Source: an uncultured virus (IMG/VR IMGVR_UViG_3300043772_001084)
Lineage: Duplodnaviria; Heunggongvirae; Uroviricota; Caudoviricetes
Reading direction: 5' to 3' (one strand)
Virus record (IMG/VR): IMGVR_UViG_3300043772_001084
DNA length: 64,000 bases
Position numbers and translations under genes: made by a program. This document shows, in pieces, positions 27,999-38,715 of this stretch. How positions within the stretch are numbered: position 1 is the stretch's first letter; the number at the start of each line of letters is the position of its first letter. The notes under the pieces are model-generated. The model ran no database searches. It was not told the origin of the DNA and saw only the letters and a list, made by a program, of their open reading frames with translations.

Positions 27999-30863
27999 CT
28001 ACATTTTTTTATTTATTAAAGTTAAAATTTCTTCCACAACATCACCAGTGTCCTGAACCTCATCACCCATTACTGTTCCAATAATTTTTTTCTTTTTATT
28101 TAGAATATCATATATAACACCCTCAATTGTATTTTCAAATATTGGATAATAAACAAGTACATTATTTTTTTGACCATAACGATATGCCCTATCTTCTGCT
28201 TGAGCGTGTTCTGCTGGAACAAACGATAAGTCGTTCATTATTACAACCTCAGCGGCCGTTAAAGTAAGACCAACACCTGCAGCTTTTAAGTTCCCAACAA
28301 AAACTTTAATTTTTTCGTTTTCTTGGAATTGGTCAACGGCGTATTGTCTTTGAACTTTATTACAACTACCGTCAAGATATACAGACTCTTTACCAAAGTG
28401 ATTATGTATTAGTTGTAATGTGTCGGTAAAGTTTGTAAATATGATTACTTTTTTTCCTTGGTCTACAATATTTTGTGCAAATTCAATTGTATCTTTTACT
28501 TTTTCATTTGCAATTACTTTTCTTACTTTCATAAGTTTTGAGAACTGAACGGTAAGAGAAGAGGACTCGTCGGTTTTATTTTTCAACCATTCGTAATATT
28601 CACCCATCAAATCTTTATATTCTTTTGATGAGGTTCTTAAATAAACTGGTGTAATAATTTTATCTGGCAAATCAAGGACATTTTCTTTTAATCTCCTAAG
28701 AATTTGTTTTGATGTTCTATCTTTTAATTCCTCTAAATTTGAGGCACCGGTCACATTCCAGACTTTTCTTTTTCCAGCTCTAAACTGAAATCCTTGACAA
28801 TAACGAATAGCGTAAGCCATCCAGTTTTGTGCCACTGGACTCTCAATAATATTAAGAAGGTTATAATAATTAATTGGTCTTGAAGTCATCGGTGTTCCAG
28901 TAAGTAACCAAACTCTTTTTATATTTTTTACAAAATCATTTATAAGTTTTGTTCTTTGTGCTTGAACATTTGAAACCATATGAGCTTCATCAAGTATTAC
29001 AAGTTCAAAATTTGATTGTAATAATAATGAATTTTCTTTATCTTCCTTATTATGAAAGTTTTTTAGAATATCATAATTTACAATCACAAAATCAGCTTCG
29101 GTTGAAAACTTCTTACCTTCTGCAATAAAACAAGTTCTGTCCGAATAGTTTTCAATCTCTCGTTGCCAATTTATTTTAAGTGATGCCGGACAAACAATTA
29201 AAATCTTCTTAGCACCAGTCTCAAGAGCTGCAATAATTGTGGAGGTTGTATTATGGGTTACAATACAATGTTCTGTGACATATAATTTATCTGGTGAATC
29301 AACAGAAATACAAACGCTATTTTCAAAACCAACTTTTTCAATATTTTTAATATATCTACCAGTTGGGTATTTTGTTGGTTCAGCATACTTTTCGGCTTTT
29401 CGTTTTAATCTAAATGGGTTCATACCCTTTGGTAATTTAATATTAACTCTATATGCCAACTTACCTTTCTTTTTTTCACCATTATAAGTATAGGTTGGAA
29501 TACGAGTTTTGACTCTAGCAATACCACCTAATGTTTGAACAATCTCAACAACATCATCACATAGTTGTTTTGATACAGTGCAAAATTCAGTCCCTAAAAA
29601 CTTTCCACTATTATTAAACATACAATGTCCGTCAGTATCCATTAGCCCTTGTAAAATTGATAATCTATTTTCAATTGATGAATATTTGTATATTTCTGGA
29701 ATAAATTTAGTATGGGATCTGGTCTCGTTGAGTTTGAGTTCATTTAAAATATTCCTACCAATAAATTTATTTCCCTTTCTTTTATTATCAATTTTTTTAT
29801 TTTCATTTAAATTGAAATTGTCAAATAATTCATCGTAATCGTCACTGTGTACTGTAAAAACACAAGATGATTTAGTTATATGTCCATCCCCCAAAATCAA
29901 ACCCAAAAGATAAGGGTCTATCGGAAGACTACCATTCCGTTCAAATTGAATTGGATCAACAATCGGTATTTGCCACTTATTATTACCATTTGAGTATTTA
30001 TAATGGGTTTCAACTTCATACTCTTTATCTTTATTGTGTCCGACCCCTTTAATTTTAATTTTACCACCTTCAAACATTTGTTTGGTTGATAATACTAATG
30101 ATTTTTTTCGTCGTTTACTATTTCTATTTTTACCGGTAGTTGCTGAAGAAACTGACCATAAATGTTCATCACCAACTAAAATTGAAAATCCGTCATTAAA
30201 TGTAATTTTATATGTTTCTTTTACACCTTGTGGGTAAACACCTCTAACTAAATATTTTTTACCATCACTACCAATTACTTCATCACCAACTTTTAAATCT
30301 CCAATTTTTTTTCTACCATTTGGTGTAAATACCTTGTTTTCAACGAATTCCGCCTTCCCGAGCCCCATATCATCTGCTAAAATAAACCTTCTGGAACCAA
30401 CAAGTTTTTCAATAGCTTCCTTCTGGTGTGATAGTGGTGGTCTATGTTCATATTTAGAATAATCAATATTAACCTCATCAACAGTTTGTGATTTAATTAA
30501 AGAAGATTTAGGAACCCAAAATTCAGAAAGATTATCTTTTTCAAAAAACTTACCCCATATGTGATATGACTTATCTTTTTCAACAAGTAGTTTTTCAATA
30601 TAGACTTTTTCTGGTGTTTCAAACAAATATCTCTCTTGTGCAAACTTTTTAGCAAAGTATGGATCCAGTTCAACCCATTTACGAGCAACCTTTGGTTTTG
30701 TGTCAAAATATTCTACAATGTAATCAGCTTGGGTTCTTGTTGGATAAAACTTTTTGTTAGTTTCCTTTTTGGATTTCATATAAAGAATATAATTATTAGC
30801 CCCACTATATGAGTCCAATAAATCAAGTGCTTTATGTTCTATTAGTTGTTTTTGTAATTCCAA
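27999..30863 (-). CDS. SNF2/SWI2-family (HARP-like) helicase containing an intein
   Basis: ILADDMGLGK|TT, VCPASL, LDEAH, LTGTP, GVGLTL, QAEDRAYRYGQ motifs. Confidence 0.92.
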   Translation of the reverse strand: MELQKQLIEHKALDLLDSYSGANNYILYMKSKKETNKKFYPTRTQADYIVEYFDTKPKVARKWVELDPYFAKKFAQERYLFETPEKVYIEKLLVEKDKSYHIWGKFFEKDNLSEFWVPKSSLIKSQTVDEVNIDYSKYEHRPPLSHQKEAIEKLVGSRRFILADDMGLGKAEFVENKVFTPNGRKKIGDLKVGDEVIGSDGKKYLVRGVYPQGVKETYKITFNDGFSILVGDEHLWSVSSATTGKNRNSKRRKKSLVLSTKQMFEGGKIKIKGVGHNKDKEYEVETHYKYSNGNNKWQIPIVDPIQFERNGSLPIDPYLLGLILGDGHITKSSCVFTVHSDDYDELFDNFNLNENKKIDNKRKGNKFIGRNILNELKLNETRSHTKFIPEIYKYSSIENRLSILQGLMDTDGHCMFNNSGKFLGTEFCTVSKQLCDDVVEIVQTLGGIARVKTRIPTYTYNGEKKKGKLAYRVNIKLPKGMNPFRLKRKAEKYAEPTKYPTGRYIKNIEKVGFENSVCISVDSPDKLYVTEHCIVTHNTTSTIIAALETGAKKILIVCPASLKINWQREIENYSDRTCFIAEGKKFSTEADFVIVNYDILKNFHNKEDKENSLLLQSNFELVILDEAHMVSNVQAQRTKLINDFVKNIKRVWLLTGTPMTSRPINYYNLLNIIESPVAQNWMAYAIRYCQGFQFRAGKRKVWNVTGASNLEELKDRTSKQILRRLKENVLDLPDKIITPVYLRTSSKEYKDLMGEYYEWLKNKTDESSSLTVQFSKLMKVRKVIANEKVKDTIEFAQNIVDQGKKVIIFTNFTDTLQLIHNHFGKESVYLDGSCNKVQRQYAVDQFQENEKIKVFVGNLKAAGVGLTLTAAEVVIMNDLSFVPAEHAQAEDRAYRYGQKNNVLVYYPIFENTIEGVIYDILNKKKKIIGTVMGDEVQDTGDVVEEILTLINKKM
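29250..30353 (-). mobile_element. Class 3-type intein (368 aa) with LAGLIDADG homing endonuclease, in the helicase Walker A motif
   Basis: Starts with Ala (AEFVENKV), ends VTHN with Thr at +1; EHLW, VCISVD; LLGLILGDG and LQGLMDTDG motifs. Confidence 0.9.
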
Positions 30864-30920
30864 AATTCCAAGATATAAATAAAAATAATAATAAAAACAA
30901 TATTTATCAATAAAAAAGGT

Positions 30921-31433
30921 ATGACAAACAGAGTTCCAATAACGCGTCTAGGCAAATTTTTTGGTGACAGTGACTTCAAACTTGAAATTGAAATGGGTCA
31001 AGAATGGTTGGTTGGTGATATGAATTACACCTGTGTGTTATATCGTGTGGATAAAACAAAAACCAAAACCGATGATGTTTATGGTGAAACCGTATCAGAT
31101 GGTATTAAGTTTTTACCCCCAGTTGAGTTTAATGCTTATGTTGCAATTGCCGCTCCAGAAAATAAATTTCTTGGAACAACAAAAATGGATCAAGTTGAAC
31201 CTGGTAATATTACAATGTCTGTGTATTTAAAAACTCTTGAAGATTTAAATATTGATATAGATTTTGGCGATTATGTTGGATACTATGATACGGAAAGTTT
31301 TGTAAGATACTACACGGTTGTAAACGATGGTCGTGTTACATCAGATATAAAACACACATATAAAGGATACCGACCATTTTATAGAACTATTGTTGCTGCA
31401 CCTGTTGGACCTAACGAATTTAGAGGATTATAA
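30921..31433 (+). CDS. Neck/head-closure protein (T4 gp14-like)
   Basis: VLYRVD..KT..DDVYGE...F..PVE motif; position upstream of the tail genes. Confidence 0.6.
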   Translation: MTNRVPITRLGKFFGDSDFKLEIEMGQEWLVGDMNYTCVLYRVDKTKTKTDDVYGETVSDGIKFLPPVEFNAYVAIAAPENKFLGTTKMDQVEPGNITMSVYLKTLEDLNIDIDFGDYVGYYDTESFVRYYTVVNDGRVTSDIKHTYKGYRPFYRTIVAAPVGPNEFRGL

Positions 31434-31434
31434 T

Positions 31435-32475
31435 ATGGGACTACCAAAAAAAATTAAAAAAAATATTGACCTTATAGATAAGAAAACTCTTCTTCCAAGA
31501 AGACACGAGATTGCTGATATGATTTCTCAAGATGGAACATATCTTCCTAAATCTTTATTACATCCAGATTTGGATAGAGGTTTCTTGGATTTTGTTCGTG
31601 ACAAACTAACTTGTGTTGTTGAGGGTAATACCATCCCAATGATTGATATTTTAATTACAACACAAAACTGGGCACAATTTACTGAAACTTGGGATTTTCA
31701 AAACTTGGATAAGAATGTTGAACCGCCTTTTATTGCCGTTGTTAGATCACCGGAAGTGACTTATGGGAACAATCCCTCTTTAATGACACTCAATATTCCG
31801 GAAAGAAGACAATATTATTATGCCAAGGTCCCAACCTGGGATGGACAAAGAAATGGTTTTGACATTTATAAAATACCACAACCAATACCAGTTGATATTA
31901 AATATACTGTAATTATTGTGTGTAATAGAATGAGAGAATTAAATAAATTTAATCAAATAGTCTTAACAAAATTCGCGTCAAAACAAGCATACCAGGTAAT
32001 CAAAGGGCATTATATTCCAATTATTATGGGTAATATCCAAGATGAATCGGTTATGGATTTGGAAAAAAGAAAAGTGTATCTTCAAAAATATGAATTCACA
32101 TTACAAGGATTTTTAATGGATGAGGATGAATTTGAAATTAGACCGGCAATTACAAGAACTTTTGAAATATATGAAACCGAAACCGGAATAAAAAGAAAAA
32201 AACAAAAGAAAGAACAACCTCAAATTCCTGGAACTTATATACCAACATACAAAGTAGGAAATTTGGTGTCGGTTAATAAATTTGAATATACCGTAAATTT
32301 AAAATTATCAACAAACAATAATGTTGATGTATATCAAGCATTTATAAATGATGACTATTATGGTAATAGTTTAACTGAAATACAACTTAACACCGGAGAT
32401 ACATTAAGAATTGTTATAACAAAGTATGATAATTCAAAAGATGCGGAAATTGTTTTTACACAAGAATTAATTTAA
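31435..32475 (+). CDS. Tail terminator/completion protein (gp15-like)
   Basis: PPFIAVVR and IPQPIPVDIKYTV motifs and synteny; start moved to the in-frame ATG at 31435. Confidence 0.55.
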   Translation: MGLPKKIKKNIDLIDKKTLLPRRHEIADMISQDGTYLPKSLLHPDLDRGFLDFVRDKLTCVVEGNTIPMIDILITTQNWAQFTETWDFQNLDKNVEPPFIAVVRSPEVTYGNNPSLMTLNIPERRQYYYAKVPTWDGQRNGFDIYKIPQPIPVDIKYTVIIVCNRMRELNKFNQIVLTKFASKQAYQVIKGHYIPIIMGNIQDESVMDLEKRKVYLQKYEFTLQGFLMDEDEFEIRPAITRTFEIYETETGIKRKKQKKEQPQIPGTYIPTYKVGNLVSVNKFEYTVNLKLSTNNNVDVYQAFINDDYYGNSLTEIQLNTGDTLRIVITKYDNSKDAEIVFTQELI

Positions 32476-32636
32476 TCCTCACCATATATATCTCTTTTTT
32501 CTTTACACTTTTCAATGATAAGTCCCTCAAGAAATTTATACATTTTTAAACCTCTTTTATCACAATATTTTTTTAAGATGTTATGAACATCCTTATCAAT
32601 CTTTAAGTTTTTAATCTTTTTATTGTTTTGTTCCAT
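32472..32636 (-). CDS. Small ribbon-helix-helix/CopG-like DNA-binding protein (54 aa)
   Basis: IKNLKIDKDVHNILKKYCDKRGLKMYKFLEGLI strand-helix-helix pattern; ATG at 32636. Confidence 0.7.
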   Translation of the reverse strand: MEQNNKKIKNLKIDKDVHNILKKYCDKRGLKMYKFLEGLIIEKCKEKRDIYGED

Positions 32637-32658
32637 AGGTAGAAAAAAGGTAGAAAAA
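32637..32658. repeat. Tandem 11-bp direct repeat AGGTAGAAAAA x2 (candidate operator)
   Basis: Copies at 32637-32647 and 32648-32658, directly upstream of the RHH ATG. Confidence 0.6.
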
Positions 32659-32756
32659 ATTCTCACCAAAATATAAATAGTTTTATGTAAGTAAAGTTTT
32701 TGCTAAAAAACACAATATTTATAGTAAAATAAATTAAAACATAAAATTTAAAATCT

Positions 32757-35700
32757 ATGGCAACTAACAGTAAAATATTTGTTTCACCAGGGGTTTATAC
32801 TTCAGAAGTTGATCTAAGCTTTGTTGCACAAAGTGTTGGTGTTACAACTTTGGGTATTGCGGGGGAGACTTTAAAAGGTCCTGCTTTTGAACCAATTTTT
32901 ATTAGAAACTATGATGAATTCCAAACCTACTTTGGTGGGACTTCACCAGAAAAATTTGTGAATACACAAATTCCTAAATACGAGGCAGCATATATTGCTA
33001 AATCATATTTACAACAATCAAACCAATTATTTGTAACGAGAATATTGGGATTATCTGGTTATGATGCCGGACCATCTTGGTCTATTGTAACCAAAGCAAA
33101 TGTTGATCCTAAAACAGTTGATTTCGTGTGTTTTAGTTCGGTAACTGATCCTAGTAATGTATGTGATACCATTTGTGTTATACCAAGTGCAATCACATTT
33201 ATGGTTCCTTTTACTGCATGTACTAATTCTGAAGATAGTATTATTTATGATTCATTACCGGGTCCATTAACCAATGAATTCTTATTACAACAATACGAAA
33301 ACTTTGATGGTTCAATTTCAACACTTGATACTAACATTAGAGATCAAATCTTTAACATTATTACAGATAATGGAGATCCTTTTACTGCTGAAACTAGAAA
33401 TATTAACTACTATGGTTCAATCTTGGGTGATGACTATGATGATTTAGTTAGTCTTGGTTATTCAGCTGAAACAAATGTATTTAATGTTCCATCACCATCA
33501 AGTGATTTAACGGATTATACATCACCATTTAATGATGCTTGGTATTATGCTTTATTTAATAATACAAATAATGGATTATATTCAGGGTTTTCATTCTACA
33601 CATTTGTGTCTGGTTTAACTGAAGTTTTCCCAATTGTACCGACACCTACACCTACTCCGAGTGCAACACCTACACCAACGCCTACAAATCCTTGTATTAC
33701 ACCAACTCCAACTACTACACCGGCACCAACTCCAATACCAGTAAATGTTAGATGTTTTGAAGGTATGTTAGTAGGGACACTATATTATTATTCTGGTGTG
33801 GCATATACAGATTATGACGATTTGGTTGTTGCAACATTAAGATCAAGAGGTATTGCAACATATTCAGATGAAAATAATCCAGTATTTGAAGTTTCTGATA
33901 TTTCAAATGTAACTCTTAATATGTCAGGTCAATATTCTGGAGTTCTTAAAAACCCATATTTACCATTTGCGGTAAATGTAACAAACGATTCTGGAACTAA
34001 CTTTATTTTTGAAACATCGTTTAGTCAATCAGATTCACAATATATCGCAAAAGTATTTGGTGGAACTAACTTTGGGAAACCAAGAACATCAACTCCATTA
34101 TTCTTGGAAGAAAGATTCCAAGCGTTATTAAATTATGGTTGGAAAAAAGGTTATATCAGAGGTTTAAGTACTGAACTTACAGCTCTTGATTCAGCACAAA
34201 AAAGTGATGTAGATCCAAATACGATCGGTTGGTATTTAGAAAAATTCCAATCGCCATCATCTCCTTGGGTAGTATCCGAGTTAAGGGGAACAAAAACATT
34301 TAACCTATTTAAATTCTACACAATATCTGATGGTAATGCCGCAAATACTGAAATTAAAATTTCAATTGTTAATATCTCATTTGCTAATAGAACATTTGAT
34401 GTGTTAGTTAGAGATTATTTTGATGTAGATTCAAATCCAGTTGTTATTGAGAAATTTACAAACTGTTCTATGGATCCATCAGAAAATAGTTTTATTGCTA
34501 AAAAAATCGGAACATTAGACGGTGAATTTGAAATGAATTCTAAATACATTATGGTTGAAATGAATGAAGATGCACCAGTTGATGCACTTCCTTGTGGATT
34601 TGACGGTTATGTGTTTAGAGAATATGTTGGTGTTAAATCTCCATTCCCAATTTATAAGACCAAATATGATTTCCCAGGTGAAGTAATATATAACCCACCA
34701 TTTGGTTTGGCTTCAGGTGCTGATGATGCAATTAGAACTTCTGGTGACAATATTAGAAAAACTTACCTTGGTATGTCAAGTAATATTGGTTTTGACACAA
34801 GTTTCTTTGAATATAAAGGAAAAAGAGCACCTATCTCACCTTGTGATTTGGAAGGTGGTGAATGGTCATACAAAACAAAAGGTTTCCATATGGATCAATT
34901 TGCAAGTGGGATTACAATCTCAAGTGCATTTGCAACAAGCGGAACACCTAAATATTATGTAGGAGCTGCCGCATTCTCTTCTGAACCTACAAGTCCAGAT
35001 AGTCCATATTACAGATTATTCTCAAGAAAATTCACTTTATTTGTTAATGGTGGATTTGATGGATGGGACATTTATAGAGAATATAGAACAAATGGTGACA
35101 AATATGTGTTAGGTCGTCCAGGATTCTTAAATGGAGCTTGTTTTTCAGATAGATACCAAACAGCTAAAGGATGGGGTGCATTTAAACAAATTGCCGTTGG
35201 TGACCAGACTATTGATTATGCAAATACTGATTACTACGCTTATTTACTTGGTATTAGAACATTTGCGAACCCAGAGGCTGTTAATATAAATGTATTTGTA
35301 ACTCCAGGTATTGATTATGTTTATAATAATAGTTTAGTTGAGGCTACTATTGATATGGTTGAAAATGATAGAGCAGATTCTTTATACATTACAACAACTC
35401 CGGATTACAAAATGTTAGTCGCATCAACAACTGAAGGTGATAATTTAATTTATCCACAAGAAGCTGTTGATAACCTTGAGCAAACAGGAATTGATTCTAA
35501 CTATACCGCAACATATTATCCTTGGGTATTAACAAGAGACACAGTAAATAATACACAAATTTATATTCCAGCAACAGCTGAAGTTACAAAAAACTTGGCA
35601 CTTACAGATAATATTGCATTCCCTTGGTTTGCGGCAGCTGGTTATACTCGTGGTATTGTAAATGCGGTTAAAGCTCGTAAGAAATTAACTCAAGAAGATA

Positions 35701-36116
35701 GAGATGTTCTCTATGTTGGAAGAATTAACCCAATTGCAACATTTGCTGATGTTGGAACTGTAATCTGGGGTAACAAAACCCTTCAAGTTAGAGAATCCGC
35801 ACTTGATAGAATTAATGTGAGAAGATTGTTATTACAAGCTCGTAAGTTAATTTCAGCGGTTTCTGTAAGATTGTTGTTTGACCAAAATGATGAGCAAGTA
35901 AGACAAGATTTCTTGAACGCGGTTAATCCAATCTTGGATGCTATTAGAAGAGATAGAGGTCTATATGATTTCCGAGTTGAGGTGTCAAGTGATACTGCTG
36001 ATTTAGATAGAAATCAATTGACTGGGAAGATATATATCAAGCCGACAAAATCTTTAGAATTTGTGGATATAACATTCTATATTACACCAACAGGCGCTTC
36101 ATTTGACAACATCTAA
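32757..36116 (+). CDS. Tail sheath protein
   Basis: FVSPGVYTSEVD, PWFAAAGYTRG, INPI, IWGNKTLQ, LDRINVRRLL, IKPTKSLEFV motifs. Confidence 0.95.
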   Translation: MATNSKIFVSPGVYTSEVDLSFVAQSVGVTTLGIAGETLKGPAFEPIFIRNYDEFQTYFGGTSPEKFVNTQIPKYEAAYIAKSYLQQSNQLFVTRILGLSGYDAGPSWSIVTKANVDPKTVDFVCFSSVTDPSNVCDTICVIPSAITFMVPFTACTNSEDSIIYDSLPGPLTNEFLLQQYENFDGSISTLDTNIRDQIFNIITDNGDPFTAETRNINYYGSILGDDYDDLVSLGYSAETNVFNVPSPSSDLTDYTSPFNDAWYYALFNNTNNGLYSGFSFYTFVSGLTEVFPIVPTPTPTPSATPTPTPTNPCITPTPTTTPAPTPIPVNVRCFEGMLVGTLYYYSGVAYTDYDDLVVATLRSRGIATYSDENNPVFEVSDISNVTLNMSGQYSGVLKNPYLPFAVNVTNDSGTNFIFETSFSQSDSQYIAKVFGGTNFGKPRTSTPLFLEERFQALLNYGWKKGYIRGLSTELTALDSAQKSDVDPNTIGWYLEKFQSPSSPWVVSELRGTKTFNLFKFYTISDGNAANTEIKISIVNISFANRTFDVLVRDYFDVDSNPVVIEKFTNCSMDPSENSFIAKKIGTLDGEFEMNSKYIMVEMNEDAPVDALPCGFDGYVFREYVGVKSPFPIYKTKYDFPGEVIYNPPFGLASGADDAIRTSGDNIRKTYLGMSSNIGFDTSFFEYKGKRAPISPCDLEGGEWSYKTKGFHMDQFASGITISSAFATSGTPKYYVGAAAFSSEPTSPDSPYYRLFSRKFTLFVNGGFDGWDIYREYRTNGDKYVLGRPGFLNGACFSDRYQTAKGWGAFKQIAVGDQTIDYANTDYYAYLLGIRTFANPEAVNINVFVTPGIDYVYNNSLVEATIDMVENDRADSLYITTTPDYKMLVASTTEGDNLIYPQEAVDNLEQTGIDSNYTATYYPWVLTRDTVNNTQIYIPATAEVTKNLALTDNIAFPWFAAAGYTRGIVNAVKARKKLTQEDRDVLYVGRINPIATFADVGTVIWGNKTLQVRESALDRINVRRLLLQARKLISAVSVRLLFDQNDEQVRQDFLNAVNPILDAIRRDRGLYDFRVEVSSDTADLDRNQLTGKIYIKPTKSLEFVDITFYITPTGASFDNI

Positions 36117-36133
36117 TGAAAATAAACTAAAAG

Positions 36134-36162
36134 AAAAGGGAGAATATATCTCCCTTTTTTTT
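36134..36162 (+). terminator. Rho-independent terminator after the sheath gene
   Basis: AAAAGGGAGA-atata-TCTCCCTTTT followed by Ts. Confidence 0.8.
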
Positions 36163-36184
36163 ATTATAACTAATATTTATTAAT

Positions 36185-37018
36185 ATGAATCAAAAAAAAT
36201 ATATTAAAAAACTTATTAGTGAGATTATAGATGAAACCTCATCACCACTAATGAAATATTATGCTTTTGATTGGGACGACAATTTGATGTTTATGCCAAC
36301 CAAAATCTATCTTAAAGATTCTGATGGAAATTCTGTTCCGATGTCAACAGAAGATTTTGCTGAATATAGAACTGAAATTGGTAAAGAACCTTTTGATTAT
36401 AAAGGAAATGAAATTGTTGGTTTTGACGAAGACCCATTTAGAGATTTCAGAGTGACCGGTGATGATAAATTCCTATCTGACGCGATGAAAGCCCCAACAG
36501 GACCAGCGTGGTCTGATTTTGTGGAGGCAATCAATAATGGCTCAATCTTCGCAATCATTACAGCAAGAGGACACACACCATCAGTTTTAAAAGACGCAGT
36601 TAGAAAGTTAATTGATTCAAACAAACACGGATTAAGTAAATCAACATTGGTTAAAAATCTTAAAAAATATAGAGATTTAGCCGATGAAGAAGATTTGTCG
36701 GATGATGAGCTAATAGATGTTTATTTAGATATGTGTAGATTCCATCCGGTTTCTTTTGGTGAAGGTTCGGCAACAAACCCAGAACAGGGAAAAATTGATG
36801 CTATGGAAGAATTTATGAGATATGTAAAATTAATCTCCCACCGATTACAGAAAAAAGCATTTATGAAAAATAAAATTTCAAATTATTTTACACCATTTAT
36901 TGGTTTTTCAGATGATGATGTAAGAAATGTAGAAAAGATGAAAAGTCATTTTGATAAAAAGAAAGATAATATATTACAAACTTATTTAACAGCAGGAGGA
37001 AAGAAAACTAAATATTAA
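36185..37018 (+). CDS. HAD-superfamily phosphatase-like protein
   Basis: FDWDDNL (motif I), ITARGH (II), GK (III), GFSDDD (IV). Confidence 0.7.
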   Translation: MNQKKYIKKLISEIIDETSSPLMKYYAFDWDDNLMFMPTKIYLKDSDGNSVPMSTEDFAEYRTEIGKEPFDYKGNEIVGFDEDPFRDFRVTGDDKFLSDAMKAPTGPAWSDFVEAINNGSIFAIITARGHTPSVLKDAVRKLIDSNKHGLSKSTLVKNLKKYRDLADEEDLSDDELIDVYLDMCRFHPVSFGEGSATNPEQGKIDAMEEFMRYVKLISHRLQKKAFMKNKISNYFTPFIGFSDDDVRNVEKMKSHFDKKKDNILQTYLTAGGKKTKY

Positions 37019-37098
37019 AATATATTAAGTTATATATAATATATGAATACTCAAAAATAATCCAAAGTAAATAGAAAAATTTTTAAAATCCCTAAATT

Positions 37099-38715
37099 TT
37101 ACTTTAGGGATTTTTTGTATAATAGATTTCCACAATCATAAATTTTTGGAATACCTCTTTCTTCCATTATCTCAAATTCACTTTTATTTGAATCGTATCC
37201 CAAATCAACCAAAACATCTTTTCTGTATTTGAATCTTGATTCTCTTTTTTTATTAACGACATAATAATAATTCGGTGTTGTTTCTTTTACAAAAGAAAAG
37301 TTCAACTTCTCATATAAATTACCATTACTCCACCTCTTATCAGCATAACTTATAATTTCTTTTGGTGATTGATCAACGATAAACCTTTTAAGTAGCTTAG
37401 ACGCACCCCCAACAACAATGTGGTTTAGTTTATTACAAAAACGAAGTAATTCATATTCATTGTTTTCTGTTTTTTTATATCCAAGATTTAATCTTTTTTT
37501 ACCAAATGTCATTATAGATATTAAATTTGAATTGTAATATACACCTAAATTAAATTTACTACCAACTGAGCCCTGGATATGGTTTTCTTCCAAGAATTTT
37601 GTTTTTGTTTGTGTGTCGACATATTTTACTTCACAATTTCTAGCAAAAACACGAACACTAGTAAGACCTAATAATGTTTTAATTCTACTTTTTACAATTT
37701 CTTTTTTATTATCCCATTCATCTTCAAAAATATGAACCACTCTAATACCTAATTTTTTACATTCATTTGTTTTTAAACTATGATATTGTTTGTCTTTAAA
37801 TTTATCTGAATGCCAAAACAAACCGTCAAATTCAATGGCAATATTATGTTCTGGTATAAAAATATCTAATTCTTGACCTTTAAGAATATTGCGGTCATTT
37901 TCAATATATTTAATATTATGTTCATCTAAAAATTCACAGATTTGTTTTTCTTTAAATGATTTTAAATCATTTATTGGATTACACAAAATACAAGGGTTTA
38001 TGTCATTTTCAAATCTATAAGACAGCAAAGACCTCTCAATCAAATAAGGTTGATTACATTTATCACATTTTATTTCAATTGTTTTTCCGGTATAACCAAT
38101 AACATTTAAATTTTCATATTTAGAATAAAACCATTCAGTTTTTTTATCAAACCCAACTTGTCTAATTTCTGGTAAAACTAAAGGAGTTGAAACACCGTAT
38201 TTAGTTTGGTTTGTGTTTTTTATTTTTTCTTTGGTTGAATCAAGTTTTGATATATGATCAACATTGTGTTTTTCTATTGTTTTTGATTTTATATATTCTT
38301 TATCTTTAAAAACATTATCAACACCAAATGATCTAATAAAACTTTCTTTTATTTTATTTTTAACATCATCAGAACAAATTGGTGCGTTTCCACCGTATTT
38401 AACAATATTTGTTTCTTTGATTTTTGTTTTTCTTATTCCACATTTGTTGGCACATAAAACGGAACAATATAAACCATAACCTTCAGTTAATGATTTTTTA
38501 AATTTCAAATTATTACCACAATTCTGACATTTTGGTATATTTTGGATTTTATTGATGTAGTGCCATATTTTTTGTTTAAAAGGTAAATCAATTAAATCGT
38601 TGTTATTGTAGTTAATTATTTCAAAATATAACTCTGGATAATTTTTTTTTAAAAAAGATTCTTTAGTTTTTGCACCACTATTATTATTTTCTATAAAAAA
38701 TTTAAGTAAATCCAT
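37099..38715 (-). CDS. Hef-like putative homing endonuclease
   Basis: CxxC/YCS..C, KYG repeats, ELDIFIPEHNIAIEFDGLFWH nuclease motif, C-terminal ELLRFC..GGASKL..SYAD..IYDCG. Confidence 0.75.
   Translation of the reverse strand: MDLLKFFIENNNSGAKTKESFLKKNYPELYFEIINYNNNDLIDLPFKQKIWHYINKIQNIPKCQNCGNNLKFKKSLTEGYGLYCSVLCANKCGIRKTKIKETNIVKYGGNAPICSDDVKNKIKESFIRSFGVDNVFKDKEYIKSKTIEKHNVDHISKLDSTKEKIKNTNQTKYGVSTPLVLPEIRQVGFDKKTEWFYSKYENLNVIGYTGKTIEIKCDKCNQPYLIERSLLSYRFENDINPCILCNPINDLKSFKEKQICEFLDEHNIKYIENDRNILKGQELDIFIPEHNIAIEFDGLFWHSDKFKDKQYHSLKTNECKKLGIRVVHIFEDEWDNKKEIVKSRIKTLLGLTSVRVFARNCEVKYVDTQTKTKFLEENHIQGSVGSKFNLGVYYNSNLISIMTFGKKRLNLGYKKTENNEYELLRFCNKLNHIVVGGASKLLKRFIVDQSPKEIISYADKRWSNGNLYEKLNFSFVKETTPNYYYVVNKKRESRFKYRKDVLVDLGYDSNKSEFEIMEERGIPKIYDCGNLLYKKSLK

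Noticed and set aside
37019..37098. Intergenic AT-rich stretch checked for a tRNA or structured ncRNA
   Set aside because: No cloverleaf or convincing stem other than a hairpin overlapping the endonuclease stop (AAAATCCCTAAA/TTTAGGGATTTT), which is probably just a terminator for the convergent genes.
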